Source: Crocinitomicaceae bacterium | GTDB taxonomy: Bacteria > Bacteroidota > Bacteroidia > Flavobacteriales_D > Crocinitomicaceae | NCBI GenBank assembly: GCA_008017065.1 | Contig: SSGT01000076.1 | Location: 1 to 42,704 of the forward strand | Direction: 5' to 3' | DNA length: 42,704 bases | Shown: in pieces, positions 19,589 to 28,724 of the stretch | Numbering within the stretch: the first letter of the stretch is position 1 | Layout: each line of letters starts with the position of its first letter | Translations under genes and position numbers: made by a program | The notes under the pieces: generated by a model | What the model saw: only the letters and a program-made list of their open reading frames with translations | Databases searched by the model: none | What the model was told of the DNA's origin: nothing

Positions 19589-20131
19589 ATGGAGAGTTTA
19601 TCAAATCGCAGAAAAGTGGTTTCCAACAAAAAGATGTCTTTTGTTGAAAGCTTGTATTTGCCTGCTGTTGTTTCCGGAATGTGGATCACATTTAAGCACA
19701 TTTTCAAAAAGAGAACAACAATCAAATATCCGGAGGAGCAACGTCCGTTTGCACCTGTTTATCGCGGAATGCACGTTTTAAAACGAGACGAGCAAGGAAG
19801 AGAAAACTGCACTGCTTGCGGATTGTGTGCTGTGGCTTGTCCAGCAGAAGCAATAACAATGGTTGCTGCTGAACGTGAAGTGGGACAGGAAAATTTGTAC
19901 AGAGAAGAAAAATATGCAGAGACGTATGAAATCAATATGTTACGCTGTATTTTTTGCGGATTGTGTGAAGAGGCATGTCCGAAAGAAGCAATTTTCTTGA
20001 CGGATAGAATTGTACCAACTAACTTTGACCGCGATGATTTTGTATACGGAAAAGACCGATTAGTTGAAACGTTGGATCACCGAATTGATGTCACAAATAG
20101 ACAACATACGGGTAAAAGAGGAACAAAATGA
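19589..20131 (+). CDS. nuoI: NADH-quinone oxidoreductase subunit I (2x 4Fe-4S ferredoxin)
   Basis: CTACGLCAVACP and CIFCGLCEEACP. Confidence 0.95.
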   Translation: MESLSNRRKVVSNKKMSFVESLYLPAVVSGMWITFKHIFKKRTTIKYPEEQRPFAPVYRGMHVLKRDEQGRENCTACGLCAVACPAEAITMVAAEREVGQENLYREEKYAETYEINMLRCIFCGLCEEACPKEAIFLTDRIVPTNFDRDDFVYGKDRLVETLDHRIDVTNRQHTGKRGTK

Positions 20132-20640
20132 GCAATTTAGAAATAATTACCTTCGCTTTGGGTGGGCTGACAATTGGTTCGGCGCTGATGGTAATTTTAA
20201 GTCAACACCCTGTTAGAAGTGTGATGTACTTGATCTTAACCTTCTTTATGATTTCAGCAAACTACATTCTAATGAATGCACAGTTTATTGCGATCGTAAA
20301 TATCATCGTATATGCTGGTGCAATCATGGTTTTACTGTTGTTTGTACTCATGTTATTGAATTTGAGCAAAGACAACGAGCCAAAATCTACGTTATCAATG
20401 AAACTAGCAGCTATTTTGGCGGGTGGATCGTTGATGACGGTGTTAGTTGCTGCTGTAAAAGACGCTGTCGTTGCACCGATTACAGAAGTTTCAGCGAACC
20501 AACAAGGATTAGTTGAAAGTTTAGGACAATTGCTTTTTACAAAGTATGTTTTGCCGTTCGAAATATCCTCTATTTTATTCATCTCAGCAATGGTAGGTGC
20601 CGTTTTGCTAGCTAAAAGAGAAAAACAAATAATCGATTAA
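20128..20640 (+). CDS. nuoJ: NADH-quinone oxidoreductase subunit J
   Basis: 170-aa polytopic protein in the nuoJ position. ATGA overlap with nuoI. Confidence 0.9.
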   Translation: MSNLEIITFALGGLTIGSALMVILSQHPVRSVMYLILTFFMISANYILMNAQFIAIVNIIVYAGAIMVLLLFVLMLLNLSKDNEPKSTLSMKLAAILAGGSLMTVLVAAVKDAVVAPITEVSANQQGLVESLGQLLFTKYVLPFEISSILFISAMVGAVLLAKREKQIID

Positions 20641-20641
20641 A

Positions 20642-20971
20642 ATGATACTAGCTTCCATTTTTGAATCCGGGGTATCGATCCAGTTCTATATGATTCTGGC
20701 GTCCATACTTTTCGGGATTGGTGTTTTAGGCGTTATGCTTCGACGAAATGCAATCATCTTGCTGATGTGCATTGAATTGATGCTGAATGCTGTTAACTTA
20801 TTACTCGTTGCGTTTTCAACCTATTTTGGTACGGGCGATGCACAAGTATTTGTTTTCTTTATTATGGTCGTTGCTGCTGCGGAAGCTACGGTGGGTCTTT
20901 CCATCATCGTACTTTTATTCAGAAACAATAGATCGGTAGATATCGGATTGTTTAACAAATTAAAAGGATAA
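20642..20971 (+). CDS. nuoK: NADH-quinone oxidoreductase subunit K
   Basis: 109 aa, three TM segments, CIELMLNAVNL and AAAEATVGLSI. Confidence 0.93.
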   Translation: MILASIFESGVSIQFYMILASILFGIGVLGVMLRRNAIILLMCIELMLNAVNLLLVAFSTYFGTGDAQVFVFFIMVVAAAEATVGLSIIVLLFRNNRSVDIGLFNKLKG

Positions 20972-20975
20972 TCAG

Positions 20976-22895
20976 ATGTCTATTCAACAACTCGTACCCT
21001 TAATTTTATTGTTTCCACTAATCGGTGGGATCATCAACGGTATTGCTGGTAAAAAGTTACCAAAAGTGTTGGTCGGTTCGTTGGCAACGATCGCGTCCAC
21101 GCTGTCGTTTGTTACGGCGCTGGTGGTTTTCTTTCAGTTGAATGAACCGGTTAAAATTCACTTATTTCGAATGATCGACCTCGCTGATTTGCGTTTGAGT
21201 GCAAGTTTGCTAGCTGATAATTTATCGCTTTGGATGGTCTTGATCATCACGGGAATTGGATCATTAATTCATTTATTCTCGATGGGATACATGAAGCATG
21301 ATGCGGGATATTCAAAATTCTTTACCTACCTGAATCTCTTCATTTTTGCCATGCTCATTTTGGTATTGGGAAGCAATTACTTCATGTTGTTCTTCGGTTG
21401 GGAAGGTGTAGGTATCTGTTCGTACTTCTTGATCGGTTTCCATTACAGTGACGCTGAAAAAGGTATGTTGAACGGGATCGCAGCTCGCAAAGCGTTTATC
21501 ATGAACCGAATCGGTGATTTGGGTCTGTTGATCGGATTGTTTTTGATTCTTACGCAATTTGGGACCTTGGAATACCAAGAATTAGCGAAGATCGTGACGG
21601 TGGATTCAATCATCGGCACTCCATGGATGATGTTTGGAATTACGATGTGTTTGTTTATCGGTGCAACGGGTAAAAGTGCGCAAATTCCATTGTTTACTTG
21701 GTTGCCGGACGCTATGGCGGGACCAACGCCAGTTTCTGCTTTGATTCACGCAGCTACCATGGTAACGGCAGGTATCTTTTTGGTGGTTCGTTCCAACTTT
21801 TTGTTTGAACATGCCCCGATGACACAAGAAATCATGTTGTATATTGGTTTAGCAACTTCGCTAGTTGCTGCATTTATTGCCATGCGTCAGAATGATATCA
21901 AGAAAGTTTTGGCATATTCAACCGTTTCTCAATTGGGATTGCTTTTTGTCGCATTGGGTATGGGTGCATACACCGCTGCTATTTTTCACGTTACTACACA
22001 CGCATTCTTTAAAGCATTGTTGTTTTTGGGATCGGGTAGCGTTATTCATGCGATGTCTGACGAACAAGATATTCGTAAAATGGGTGGTCTACGGAAGAAG
22101 ATTCCATTGACACATCTGACGTTCCTAATTGGAACGTTAGCGATTACTGGTTTTCCGTTGTTGTCGGGTTTCTTTTCGAAAGACGAAATCGTTGGTCATG
22201 CATTTCATCACAATGTGGTTATTTATGGAGTTTTGATGTTCAGTATTTTATTGACAGCAATCTATATGTTTAGAATGTACTTCGTTGTGTTCTTTGGAAC
22301 GTTTAGAGGAACACACGAACAAGAACACCACGTGCACGAAGGTCCTATCTCTATGGGATTGCCACTCGTAGTTTTGGCGGTACTTTCGGTAGTCGGAGGA
22401 TTGTTAAATTTACCTGGAATCTGGCTAAAAGGGCAAGCACACTGGTTGTCTCATCACTTGGCGCACAATGTTGCTGGACTTGATTTGATCAAAACTGAAC
22501 ACATGGATGCATCCGTTACTCTTGTGTTGATGATCATTGCAGTTGCAGTGTGTTTGGGTGCATTGGTTGTTTGCTATCTTGTTTATGGTAAGAAAGGAAG
22601 CGTGCCTGTTGCTGATTCCGCATTGAGTGGATGGGAGAAACTGTCGTCCAATAAGTTGTATTTCGATGAAGTCTACAATTTCTTGTTTGTTCGTCCAACG
22701 GAGTGGCTTTCAATCGTGGGGCACAAATTCATTGAAATTATGTTCCTGAATGGAATCATTCTGGGATTTGCAAAGGGAATCGGTGCTTCCGGTGAATTGG
22801 TTAAAAAATGGCAAACAGGACGAGTTAACTGGTACATCATTTGGATGGTCGCTGGTATCGTTGGTTTGATCTTGTATTATCTTGTCAAAATTTAA
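20976..22895 (+). CDS. nuoL: NADH-quinone oxidoreductase subunit L
   Basis: 639 aa, antiporter-like. Contains FFGWEGVGICSYFLIGF and SAQIPLFTWLPDAMAGPTPVSALIHAATMV. Confidence 0.95.
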   Translation: MSIQQLVPLILLFPLIGGIINGIAGKKLPKVLVGSLATIASTLSFVTALVVFFQLNEPVKIHLFRMIDLADLRLSASLLADNLSLWMVLIITGIGSLIHLFSMGYMKHDAGYSKFFTYLNLFIFAMLILVLGSNYFMLFFGWEGVGICSYFLIGFHYSDAEKGMLNGIAARKAFIMNRIGDLGLLIGLFLILTQFGTLEYQELAKIVTVDSIIGTPWMMFGITMCLFIGATGKSAQIPLFTWLPDAMAGPTPVSALIHAATMVTAGIFLVVRSNFLFEHAPMTQEIMLYIGLATSLVAAFIAMRQNDIKKVLAYSTVSQLGLLFVALGMGAYTAAIFHVTTHAFFKALLFLGSGSVIHAMSDEQDIRKMGGLRKKIPLTHLTFLIGTLAITGFPLLSGFFSKDEIVGHAFHHNVVIYGVLMFSILLTAIYMFRMYFVVFFGTFRGTHEQEHHVHEGPISMGLPLVVLAVLSVVGGLLNLPGIWLKGQAHWLSHHLAHNVAGLDLIKTEHMDASVTLVLMIIAVAVCLGALVVCYLVYGKKGSVPVADSALSGWEKLSSNKLYFDEVYNFLFVRPTEWLSIVGHKFIEIMFLNGIILGFAKGIGASGELVKKWQTGRVNWYIIWMVAGIVGLILYYLVKI

Positions 22896-22900
22896 AAGCT

Positions 22901-24361
22901 TTGGAACTTCTTATAATACCTTGTTTATTCGCGCTTATTGCGCTGGTGATTCCACGAAATGCGATGCGTTATTACGCATTGATAGGTGGAGTTGTGTCTA
23001 CTGTCGTTGCGTTGGTACATGCCATGTATTTTATCCCAACAACAGCGTATGTATCGCTTGTTGATCCGCAATGGACAACTACGTTTGGATTGACCTATAA
23101 AATGGGTTATGATGGGATTAGTTTGTTGATGGTTGTTTTGACAAACGTAATTACGTTACTGATTTTACTAAGTAATTTTAACAAAGAATTGGCATCCAAC
23201 CGCATGTTTACAATCATGGTCTTTTTCATGCAGCTTGCATTGTTGGGGGTTTTCCTTTCCATGGATGGACTTTTGTTCTACATCTTTTGGGAAATTACGC
23301 TTATTCCAGTGTTTTTAATTGCGTTGTGGTTTGGTAATCCAGGTAGAAAGCCTGCGTTGATCAAGTTCTTCATTTACACATTTGTAGGTTCTCTTGCGAT
23401 GTTGTTGGCATTGATGGCGATCAAGATGGGTATCGGTGGTCAGGCTGAAGCTGTAAGCTTCGCGTGGGCGGATTTGATGGCTGTTCAGTTGACTAGTTGC
23501 TCTGCGTGCTGGATCTTTGGAGGTTTCCTTTTTGCATTCGCAGTTAAAATTCCTTTGTTTCCTTTCCACACATGGCAACCGGATACATATACGAAATCGC
23601 CGATGGCTGGCACCATGTTGCTTTCGGCTCTTATGTTAAAAATGGCATTGTATGGAATGATTCGATGGATGATTCCATTGGCTCCAGAAGCATTGGAGAG
23701 TATGGAATTACCGATCATCATCTTGGCTACAATTGGTGTAGTTTATGCAGCGATTTTAGCAATCAAACAAAACGACATCAAACGTACCTTCGCATTCGCG
23801 TCGATTAGTCACGTGGGATTGATTGCTGCTGGAATAGTTCTCTGGAACATGGATGCTATGTCGGGTGCATTGATTCAGATGTTGAATCATAGCATGGTTG
23901 CTGTTGGTCTTTTCTTGGCGGTAGATATTATCGAAAGTAGAACGGGATTGCGTGAAATGGATCAATTGGGTGGGATTGCAAAACAAGCTCCCAAATTTGC
24001 GTTCATGTTTGGTGTAATCGGATTGGCGTCGATTTCGGTTCCGTTAACGAGTGGATTTATCGGAGAGTTTTTGCTGATTCGAGGCGTATACAGCTACAAT
24101 TGGATCATTGGACTGATCATTGGTTCAACACTTGTTTTTGGTGCAGTTTATACACTTCGAGCATACCAGTTGAGTATGTACGGGCCATCTAAAAACTTTA
24201 ATTTCCCGGACTTGGCATGGAACGAATGGTTGGTGTTCTTTGTATTGATGGTAGTCATCGTTATCCTCGGTATTTGTCCTCAACTTGTTATAGATTTCGT
24301 AGCACCGAGTGTTACGAGACTATTCGAATATGTAGAATCTTCAAAAAATATAGCTCTGTAA
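22901..24361 (+). CDS. nuoM: NADH-quinone oxidoreductase subunit M
   Basis: Antiporter-like; contains FAVKIPLFPFHTWQPDTYT. The track start (ATG 22841) would overlap nuoL by 55 nt and add a non-hydrophobic extension. The in-frame TTG at 22901, 6 nt after the nuoL stop, gives a typical hydrophobic N-terminus. The start is uncertain. Confidence 0.88.
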   Translation: MELLIIPCLFALIALVIPRNAMRYYALIGGVVSTVVALVHAMYFIPTTAYVSLVDPQWTTTFGLTYKMGYDGISLLMVVLTNVITLLILLSNFNKELASNRMFTIMVFFMQLALLGVFLSMDGLLFYIFWEITLIPVFLIALWFGNPGRKPALIKFFIYTFVGSLAMLLALMAIKMGIGGQAEAVSFAWADLMAVQLTSCSACWIFGGFLFAFAVKIPLFPFHTWQPDTYTKSPMAGTMLLSALMLKMALYGMIRWMIPLAPEALESMELPIIILATIGVVYAAILAIKQNDIKRTFAFASISHVGLIAAGIVLWNMDAMSGALIQMLNHSMVAVGLFLAVDIIESRTGLREMDQLGGIAKQAPKFAFMFGVIGLASISVPLTSGFIGEFLLIRGVYSYNWIIGLIIGSTLVFGAVYTLRAYQLSMYGPSKNFNFPDLAWNEWLVFFVLMVVIVILGICPQLVIDFVAPSVTRLFEYVESSKNIAL

Positions 24362-24362
24362 T

Positions 24363-25727
24363 ATGGTCGCTCTAATTGTATTATTTTTAAGTGGATTAAT
24401 TTCACTTTTCCTTGCATTCGCAAAGAAACCTTGGATGGTTTTATCGACTGCTATTGCTGGACTTGTTGCAGGTGGGATCAGTTTGTTTACTGAATACCAT
24501 TATGGATACCAACTCGTTGGTTACGAAGGGCTGAAGTTTGATCAGTTTGCAGTTTTCTACGGTTTAATTGGTATTCTTTTTACGTTGTTGATTATCCTTT
24601 CTGGCTATTCAAGTTTCAAGCAGAATTTGAATCACACGGGAGATTACATCGCGCTACTTCTTTTTTCATTGACAGGTGCGCTGTGTATGTTAGCTTTCAC
24701 GGACATGTTCATGTTCTTTCTTGGTTTGGAAATTCTCTCCATTCCAATTTATGTGATGGCTGGAAGTAAAAAAGAGGACAATCGCTCCACGGAAGCTGCC
24801 CTAAAATATTTCCTTACGGGTTCGTTTGCCACTGGTATTTTATTGTTCGGGATCGCTTGGATTTATGGTGGTACAGGTTCTTTTCGCTTGGATGAAATTC
24901 AAACGTTTATCGAATCGAATGCAAATCATCAACCGATGGTTTATCTTGGTTTGTTGTTTTTGTTGGCTGCCTTCTTGTTTAAAGTTGGTGCAGCTCCATT
25001 TCATTTTTGGAGTCCGGATGTGTACGATGGAAGTCCGTCGATCGTAACCGGTTACATGGCTGCGGTGGTGAAGTTGGGTGCTTTTGGTGCTTTTATGAAG
25101 ATTTTTGGAATGACCTTCGGCGGATTGCACGATTTTTGGGCTCCAGCGATGATGGGTCTTGCGATGCTGACGATGTTTGTCGGAAACCTTTCTGCATTGC
25201 GTCAAAACAGATTCAAACGACTATTGGCTTATTCAAGTATCACGCATGTCGGTTACGCACTTTTGACCTTGATTGTGCAAAGTGATGAAAGTGCATTTAA
25301 TTTGTGGGCGTATTTGTTTTCGTATGGTTTCTCAACAATTGCGTTGATTACAGTTGCGTTGATCGTCAACGACAGCGAAGACCGAATTGAATCTTTCAGA
25401 GGATTGATTCGACGAAATCCATTCACAGGTTTTGTAGCGATTTTGGCATTGCTTTCTCTCGCGGGTGTTCCGCCGTTGATGGGATTCTTCGGGAAGTATT
25501 TGGTTTTTGCAGAAGCGATTTCTTCACAGCCATTGTTGGTAGTAATTGCAATCATCAATTCGGGAATTGGAATCTACTATTACCTGAGAGTGGTAATCTT
25601 GATGTTGCAAAAACAAGATGCAAATGCTCCTCAAACTCCACGACACAGCGTGCCGGCATTGCAATTTGTAGTTTTGATTGTATGTGCAATTGCATTGATG
25701 TTTGGAGGAAACATGTTGATATTTTAG
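24363..25727 (+). CDS. nuoN: NADH-quinone oxidoreductase subunit N
   Basis: Antiporter-like; contains KVGAAPFHFWSPDVYDGSP. Last gene of the cluster. Confidence 0.95.
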   Translation: MVALIVLFLSGLISLFLAFAKKPWMVLSTAIAGLVAGGISLFTEYHYGYQLVGYEGLKFDQFAVFYGLIGILFTLLIILSGYSSFKQNLNHTGDYIALLLFSLTGALCMLAFTDMFMFFLGLEILSIPIYVMAGSKKEDNRSTEAALKYFLTGSFATGILLFGIAWIYGGTGSFRLDEIQTFIESNANHQPMVYLGLLFLLAAFLFKVGAAPFHFWSPDVYDGSPSIVTGYMAAVVKLGAFGAFMKIFGMTFGGLHDFWAPAMMGLAMLTMFVGNLSALRQNRFKRLLAYSSITHVGYALLTLIVQSDESAFNLWAYLFSYGFSTIALITVALIVNDSEDRIESFRGLIRRNPFTGFVAILALLSLAGVPPLMGFFGKYLVFAEAISSQPLLVVIAIINSGIGIYYYLRVVILMLQKQDANAPQTPRHSVPALQFVVLIVCAIALMFGGNMLIF

Positions 25728-25752
25728 ATAACGTTTCGATCGTTTAACAGAA

Positions 25753-25777
25753 GTCGTCTTTCGAGACGACTTTTTTT
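25753..25777 (+). terminator. rho-independent terminator of the nuo operon
   Basis: Perfect 7-bp stem GTCGTCT / AGACGAC with a TTCG tetraloop, followed by T7. Lies 26 nt after the nuoN stop. Confidence 0.85.
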
Positions 25778-25867
25778 GTTTCAGACGAATCGAAGTAAGA
25801 TGCGTGAATTGTTCGGATTCGCTCATATTGAGGGGTCAGTCCTCTTTTTTTTCCACGTAAAGTAAAG

Positions 25868-25875
25868 TAGGTTTG
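25868..25875 (+). promoter_or_regulatory. orphan candidate -7 box (TAGGTTTG) in the nuoN / cyclase spacer
   Basis: Matches TAnnTTTG with no CDS downstream before the terminator at 25994-26027. No convincing -33 TTG. Confidence 0.2.
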
Positions 25876-25993
25876 TAGCATTAAAATTAGTAGCAATTCC
25901 CGCTATCGGACCGATTCCTGATGAAAAACGGATGACGTCACTTACCGGGGCATTTTATAGACCTACTACTACAAAATGGAAGTCTAAAAAAAC

Positions 25994-26027
25994 AAAAATC
26001 CGCAGAAGTTTGTCCTGCGGATTTTTT
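25994..26027. terminator. bidirectional intrinsic terminator (ends the minus-strand pheS-ytxJ-cyclase unit)
   Basis: AAAAATCCGCAG / CTGCGGATTTTT arms flank a 9-nt loop. A-run and T-run flanks give a U-tract on either strand. Lies 20 nt beyond the stop at 26047. Confidence 0.8.
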
Positions 26028-26046
26028 AGTAATTGAAGTTTGTTAG

Positions 26047-27132
26047 TTAAACACTTGGTTTCACAAGGGTAACTTCAAACAGTTTTGACCAATATTTTCC
26101 AGTCATGTATATTTTTTTCGTCGCTGGATTGTATGCGATGCCGTTCAGTACATCTCCGCTACCTTTTCCAACGGTTGCAAGGTCGGAGGCGTCGATTTCA
26201 GCCAACACACGCCCAGAGTTTGGGTCGATTACTAAAACCAAATCCAACATCCATACATTCGCATAGATCTTACCGTCGATGTATTCTAATTCGTTCAGTT
26301 TTGAACGTGGTCCTACCTTGTCGTATACTTCAATCGTTCGTTCGATCTGAAAGTTTGTTGGATTTCGGAAAACAAGTCGCTCTGTGCCATCCGACATAAT
26401 AATGGATTTCCCGTCGTTGCAAAGTCCCCATCCTTCTCCGGTATACGAAAAGTCTTTGGTGTCCATCTCCAGACTTTTTTTATCGTACATGAAGCACTTT
26501 TGCTCCGTCCAAGTAAGCTGATATACGCGATTTCCGAGAATCGTTATACCTTCTCCGAAGTAATTTCCGTCCAGCGTTTTTTTAGCAGTTATAGCGCCTG
26601 ATTTTAGGTTAACCTGGGCAACCATCGTTGACCCGTCGCGATTTGGGTCACCTGTACTTTCGTACAAAACACCGTCGCTGAACTCCAAACCTTGCGTAAA
26701 ACTCAGTGGGTTGTGTGGAAAACTAGAGGCGATTTTGACTTGCCATTGTTCCGGTTCAACATCCGAATTGATGCGAATCAAACGACTGTCACTAAACGTT
26801 TTTCCATCAATGAGAGTAGATTTCAAGGTCAATTGCTTCGCGCCCAGACCATAGTAGCTTGCGTCTAGATCGAAACTGATTCTACCAGATGGCTTTTTCC
26901 ATTGCTGGACAATACTGTCGTTGAAATACAAATCAACGCGGGCAACATTTTTCGCAGTAACTTCAAAACTTGCGGAAACGACCTTTCCATATTCGATAGC
27001 CAAGTTTTCGTCAAAAGTAAATGTGGCAGGAAGTTGTTGCGGTTCTGACGTATTCGTTTCTTCACATGCAGCCAATAGGAATCCGATTAAAACAAGGGGT
27101 ATTAATTTATTTTTTTTGAACTCAAAAATCAT
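26047..27132 (-). CDS. glutaminyl-peptide cyclotransferase (plant/bacterial beta-propeller type) lipoprotein with an extra N-terminal domain
   Basis: FPHNPLSFTQGLEF..GVLYESTG and GEGWGLC..DG motifs of type-I glutamine cyclotransferase. Lipobox LLAAC. The start at 27132 (MIFEFKK) is preferred because the track start at 27174 would overlap ytxJ. Confidence 0.8.
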   Translation of the reverse strand: MIFEFKKNKLIPLVLIGFLLAACEETNTSEPQQLPATFTFDENLAIEYGKVVSASFEVTAKNVARVDLYFNDSIVQQWKKPSGRISFDLDASYYGLGAKQLTLKSTLIDGKTFSDSRLIRINSDVEPEQWQVKIASSFPHNPLSFTQGLEFSDGVLYESTGDPNRDGSTMVAQVNLKSGAITAKKTLDGNYFGEGITILGNRVYQLTWTEQKCFMYDKKSLEMDTKDFSYTGEGWGLCNDGKSIIMSDGTERLVFRNPTNFQIERTIEVYDKVGPRSKLNELEYIDGKIYANVWMLDLVLVIDPNSGRVLAEIDASDLATVGKGSGDVLNGIAYNPATKKIYMTGKYWSKLFEVTLVKPSV

Positions 27133-27142
27133 AGTCAGTGTA

Positions 27143-27508
27143 TTAAAGTAAATTTTGAACTGTCTGTGCATCAATTTTGTAGTGCGAAGCGTCGTGTATC
27201 AATTCACTGTTGCGAATGACGATCAATTGGGGCGACTCGTGGGTAACTTTGGTCAGTTCCGCCAATTTATTGGACACATCTCGATGCGCGATTAAATCGA
27301 TGAAATACAATTGCGGTTGCTGCTTCTCGAGCGACCATTCGTTTTCAAATCCACGCAGCGCCATGGAGGAAACACTGCAGCGAGTACTGTGTTTGAAAAA
27401 AACTTTGTCACCTGGCTGTTCGAATGCTTCGAGTAGCTCCTCAACCGAGTGAAGATTTTTCCACGGAAAAGCGGTTGTATTGGATGTTGATTTTGAAAAG
27501 AGTCCCAT
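27143..27508 (-). CDS. ytxJ: YtxJ-family (DUF2847) monothiol thioredoxin-like protein, bacillithiol-system associated
   Basis: 121 aa with FKHSTRCSVS (the T-C-x-x-S redox motif of YtxJ) and a thioredoxin-fold length. Confidence 0.7.
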   Translation of the reverse strand: MGLFSKSTSNTTAFPWKNLHSVEELLEAFEQPGDKVFFKHSTRCSVSSMALRGFENEWSLEKQQPQLYFIDLIAHRDVSNKLAELTKVTHESPQLIVIRNSELIHDASHYKIDAQTVQNLL

Positions 27509-27520
27509 ATCAAATTGGTA

Positions 27521-28543
27521 TTACAAAACAGAAGTAAATTGTTTCAAGAAGCGGACGTCATTTTCAGAATACAAACGCAAATCGTTCACTTTGTATTTTA
27601 ATTGGGTGATGCGTTCAATTCCCATTCCAAATGCGAATCCACTGTATGTTTTTGAGTCGATTCCAGCAGCTTCCAACACGTTGGGATCAACCATTCCACA
27701 ACCTAAAATCTCCAACCAACCTGTGTATTTACATACGTTACATCCTTTGGAATTACAGATTGAACACGAAACATCCACTTCAGCACTTGGCTCGGTGAAT
27801 GGGAAATACGATGGGCGCAAGCGGATTTGTGCTTTTTCTCCAAACATTTCTTTGGCAAAGTGAAGCAAGGTTTGTTTCAAATCCGCAAAAGATACATTTT
27901 TGTCGATGTACAATCCTTCAACTTGATGAAAGAAACAATGTGCACGCGCGGAAATTGCTTCGTTGCGGTAAACTCTTCCAGGGGAAATTGTTCGGATTGG
28001 CGGTTGTTGATTTTCCATCACACGCACTTGGACCGAAGACGTATGTGTTCGCAACGCCATTTCTTGTTCTCCTTTTTCGATAAAGAACGTATCTTGCATG
28101 TCACGTGCTGGATGTTCAGGCGGGAAGTTCAATGCCGAGAAATTGTGCCAATCGTCCTCTATTTCTGGACCTTCGGAAACGGTGTACCCGATGCGATTAA
28201 ATATCTCAATGATTTCAGCGCGAACCAGCGAAATCGGGTGGTGCGAACCTACCGAAAAATCTTCACCGGGTTTTGAGAAATCGATTGTTTCGCGGGTTTG
28301 TTGCGCCGATTCAAATACGAGTTTCGATTGGTTGTAAATATCCTCAGCCAACACACGCAATTCATTCATTAATTGCCCAACTTCTCGTTTTTCTTCGTTT
28401 GGAACGGATTTCAACGCATTGAACAACAATTTGACAGCACCTTTCGATCCAATAAATTGAATGCGGAACGTTTCTAATTCAGTGGCGTTCCCGATGGGAA
28501 AATTGACGATTTCAGTTCTTAATTGTGCTATTTTTTCTTTCAT
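27521..28543 (-). CDS. pheS: phenylalanine--tRNA ligase alpha subunit
   Basis: FPPEHPARDMQDTFF, class II motifs RPSYFPFTEPS and GFAFGMGIERI. Confidence 0.95.
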   Translation of the reverse strand: MKEKIAQLRTEIVNFPIGNATELETFRIQFIGSKGAVKLLFNALKSVPNEEKREVGQLMNELRVLAEDIYNQSKLVFESAQQTRETIDFSKPGEDFSVGSHHPISLVRAEIIEIFNRIGYTVSEGPEIEDDWHNFSALNFPPEHPARDMQDTFFIEKGEQEMALRTHTSSVQVRVMENQQPPIRTISPGRVYRNEAISARAHCFFHQVEGLYIDKNVSFADLKQTLLHFAKEMFGEKAQIRLRPSYFPFTEPSAEVDVSCSICNSKGCNVCKYTGWLEILGCGMVDPNVLEAAGIDSKTYSGFAFGMGIERITQLKYKVNDLRLYSENDVRFLKQFTSVL

Positions 28544-28600
28544 TTTTTCTCGTGTATGACCAACTTTTGTATACGGCTGAACGTCTAGATAGTTAGATTA

Positions 28601-28608
28601 CAAAATTA
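28601..28608 (-). promoter_or_regulatory. candidate -7 box (TAATTTTG) for pheS
   Basis: Perfect TAnnTTTG on the minus strand, about 57 nt upstream of the pheS ATG at 28543. Confidence 0.3.
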
Positions 28609-28724
28609 AAATTGCAGGATTCAATCCTTTTTTATTTATTTGTATTCCAATTTTGTGTTAGCGCATTCAGAATGCGAATTTAACAAATAACCAAGATTAT
28701 GGAAAATAAGTTAAATAAATAGAT

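Noticed and set aside
22841-22900. ATG at 22841 as the nuoM start (as in the ORF track)
   Set aside because: It would overlap nuoL by 55 nt and add a non-hydrophobic, Trp/Arg-rich extension (MDGRWYRWFDLVLSCQNLK) unlike NuoM N-termini. The TTG at 22901 fits better, but this is unproven.
25933-25940. TGACGTCA 8-bp palindrome (CRE-like)
   Set aside because: More than a hundred 8-bp palindromes are expected by chance in 42.7 kb. There is no supporting context.
27827-28276. 149-aa plus-strand ORF
   Set aside because: It is antisense to pheS and its translation is Cys/Arg-rich with no recognisable motif.
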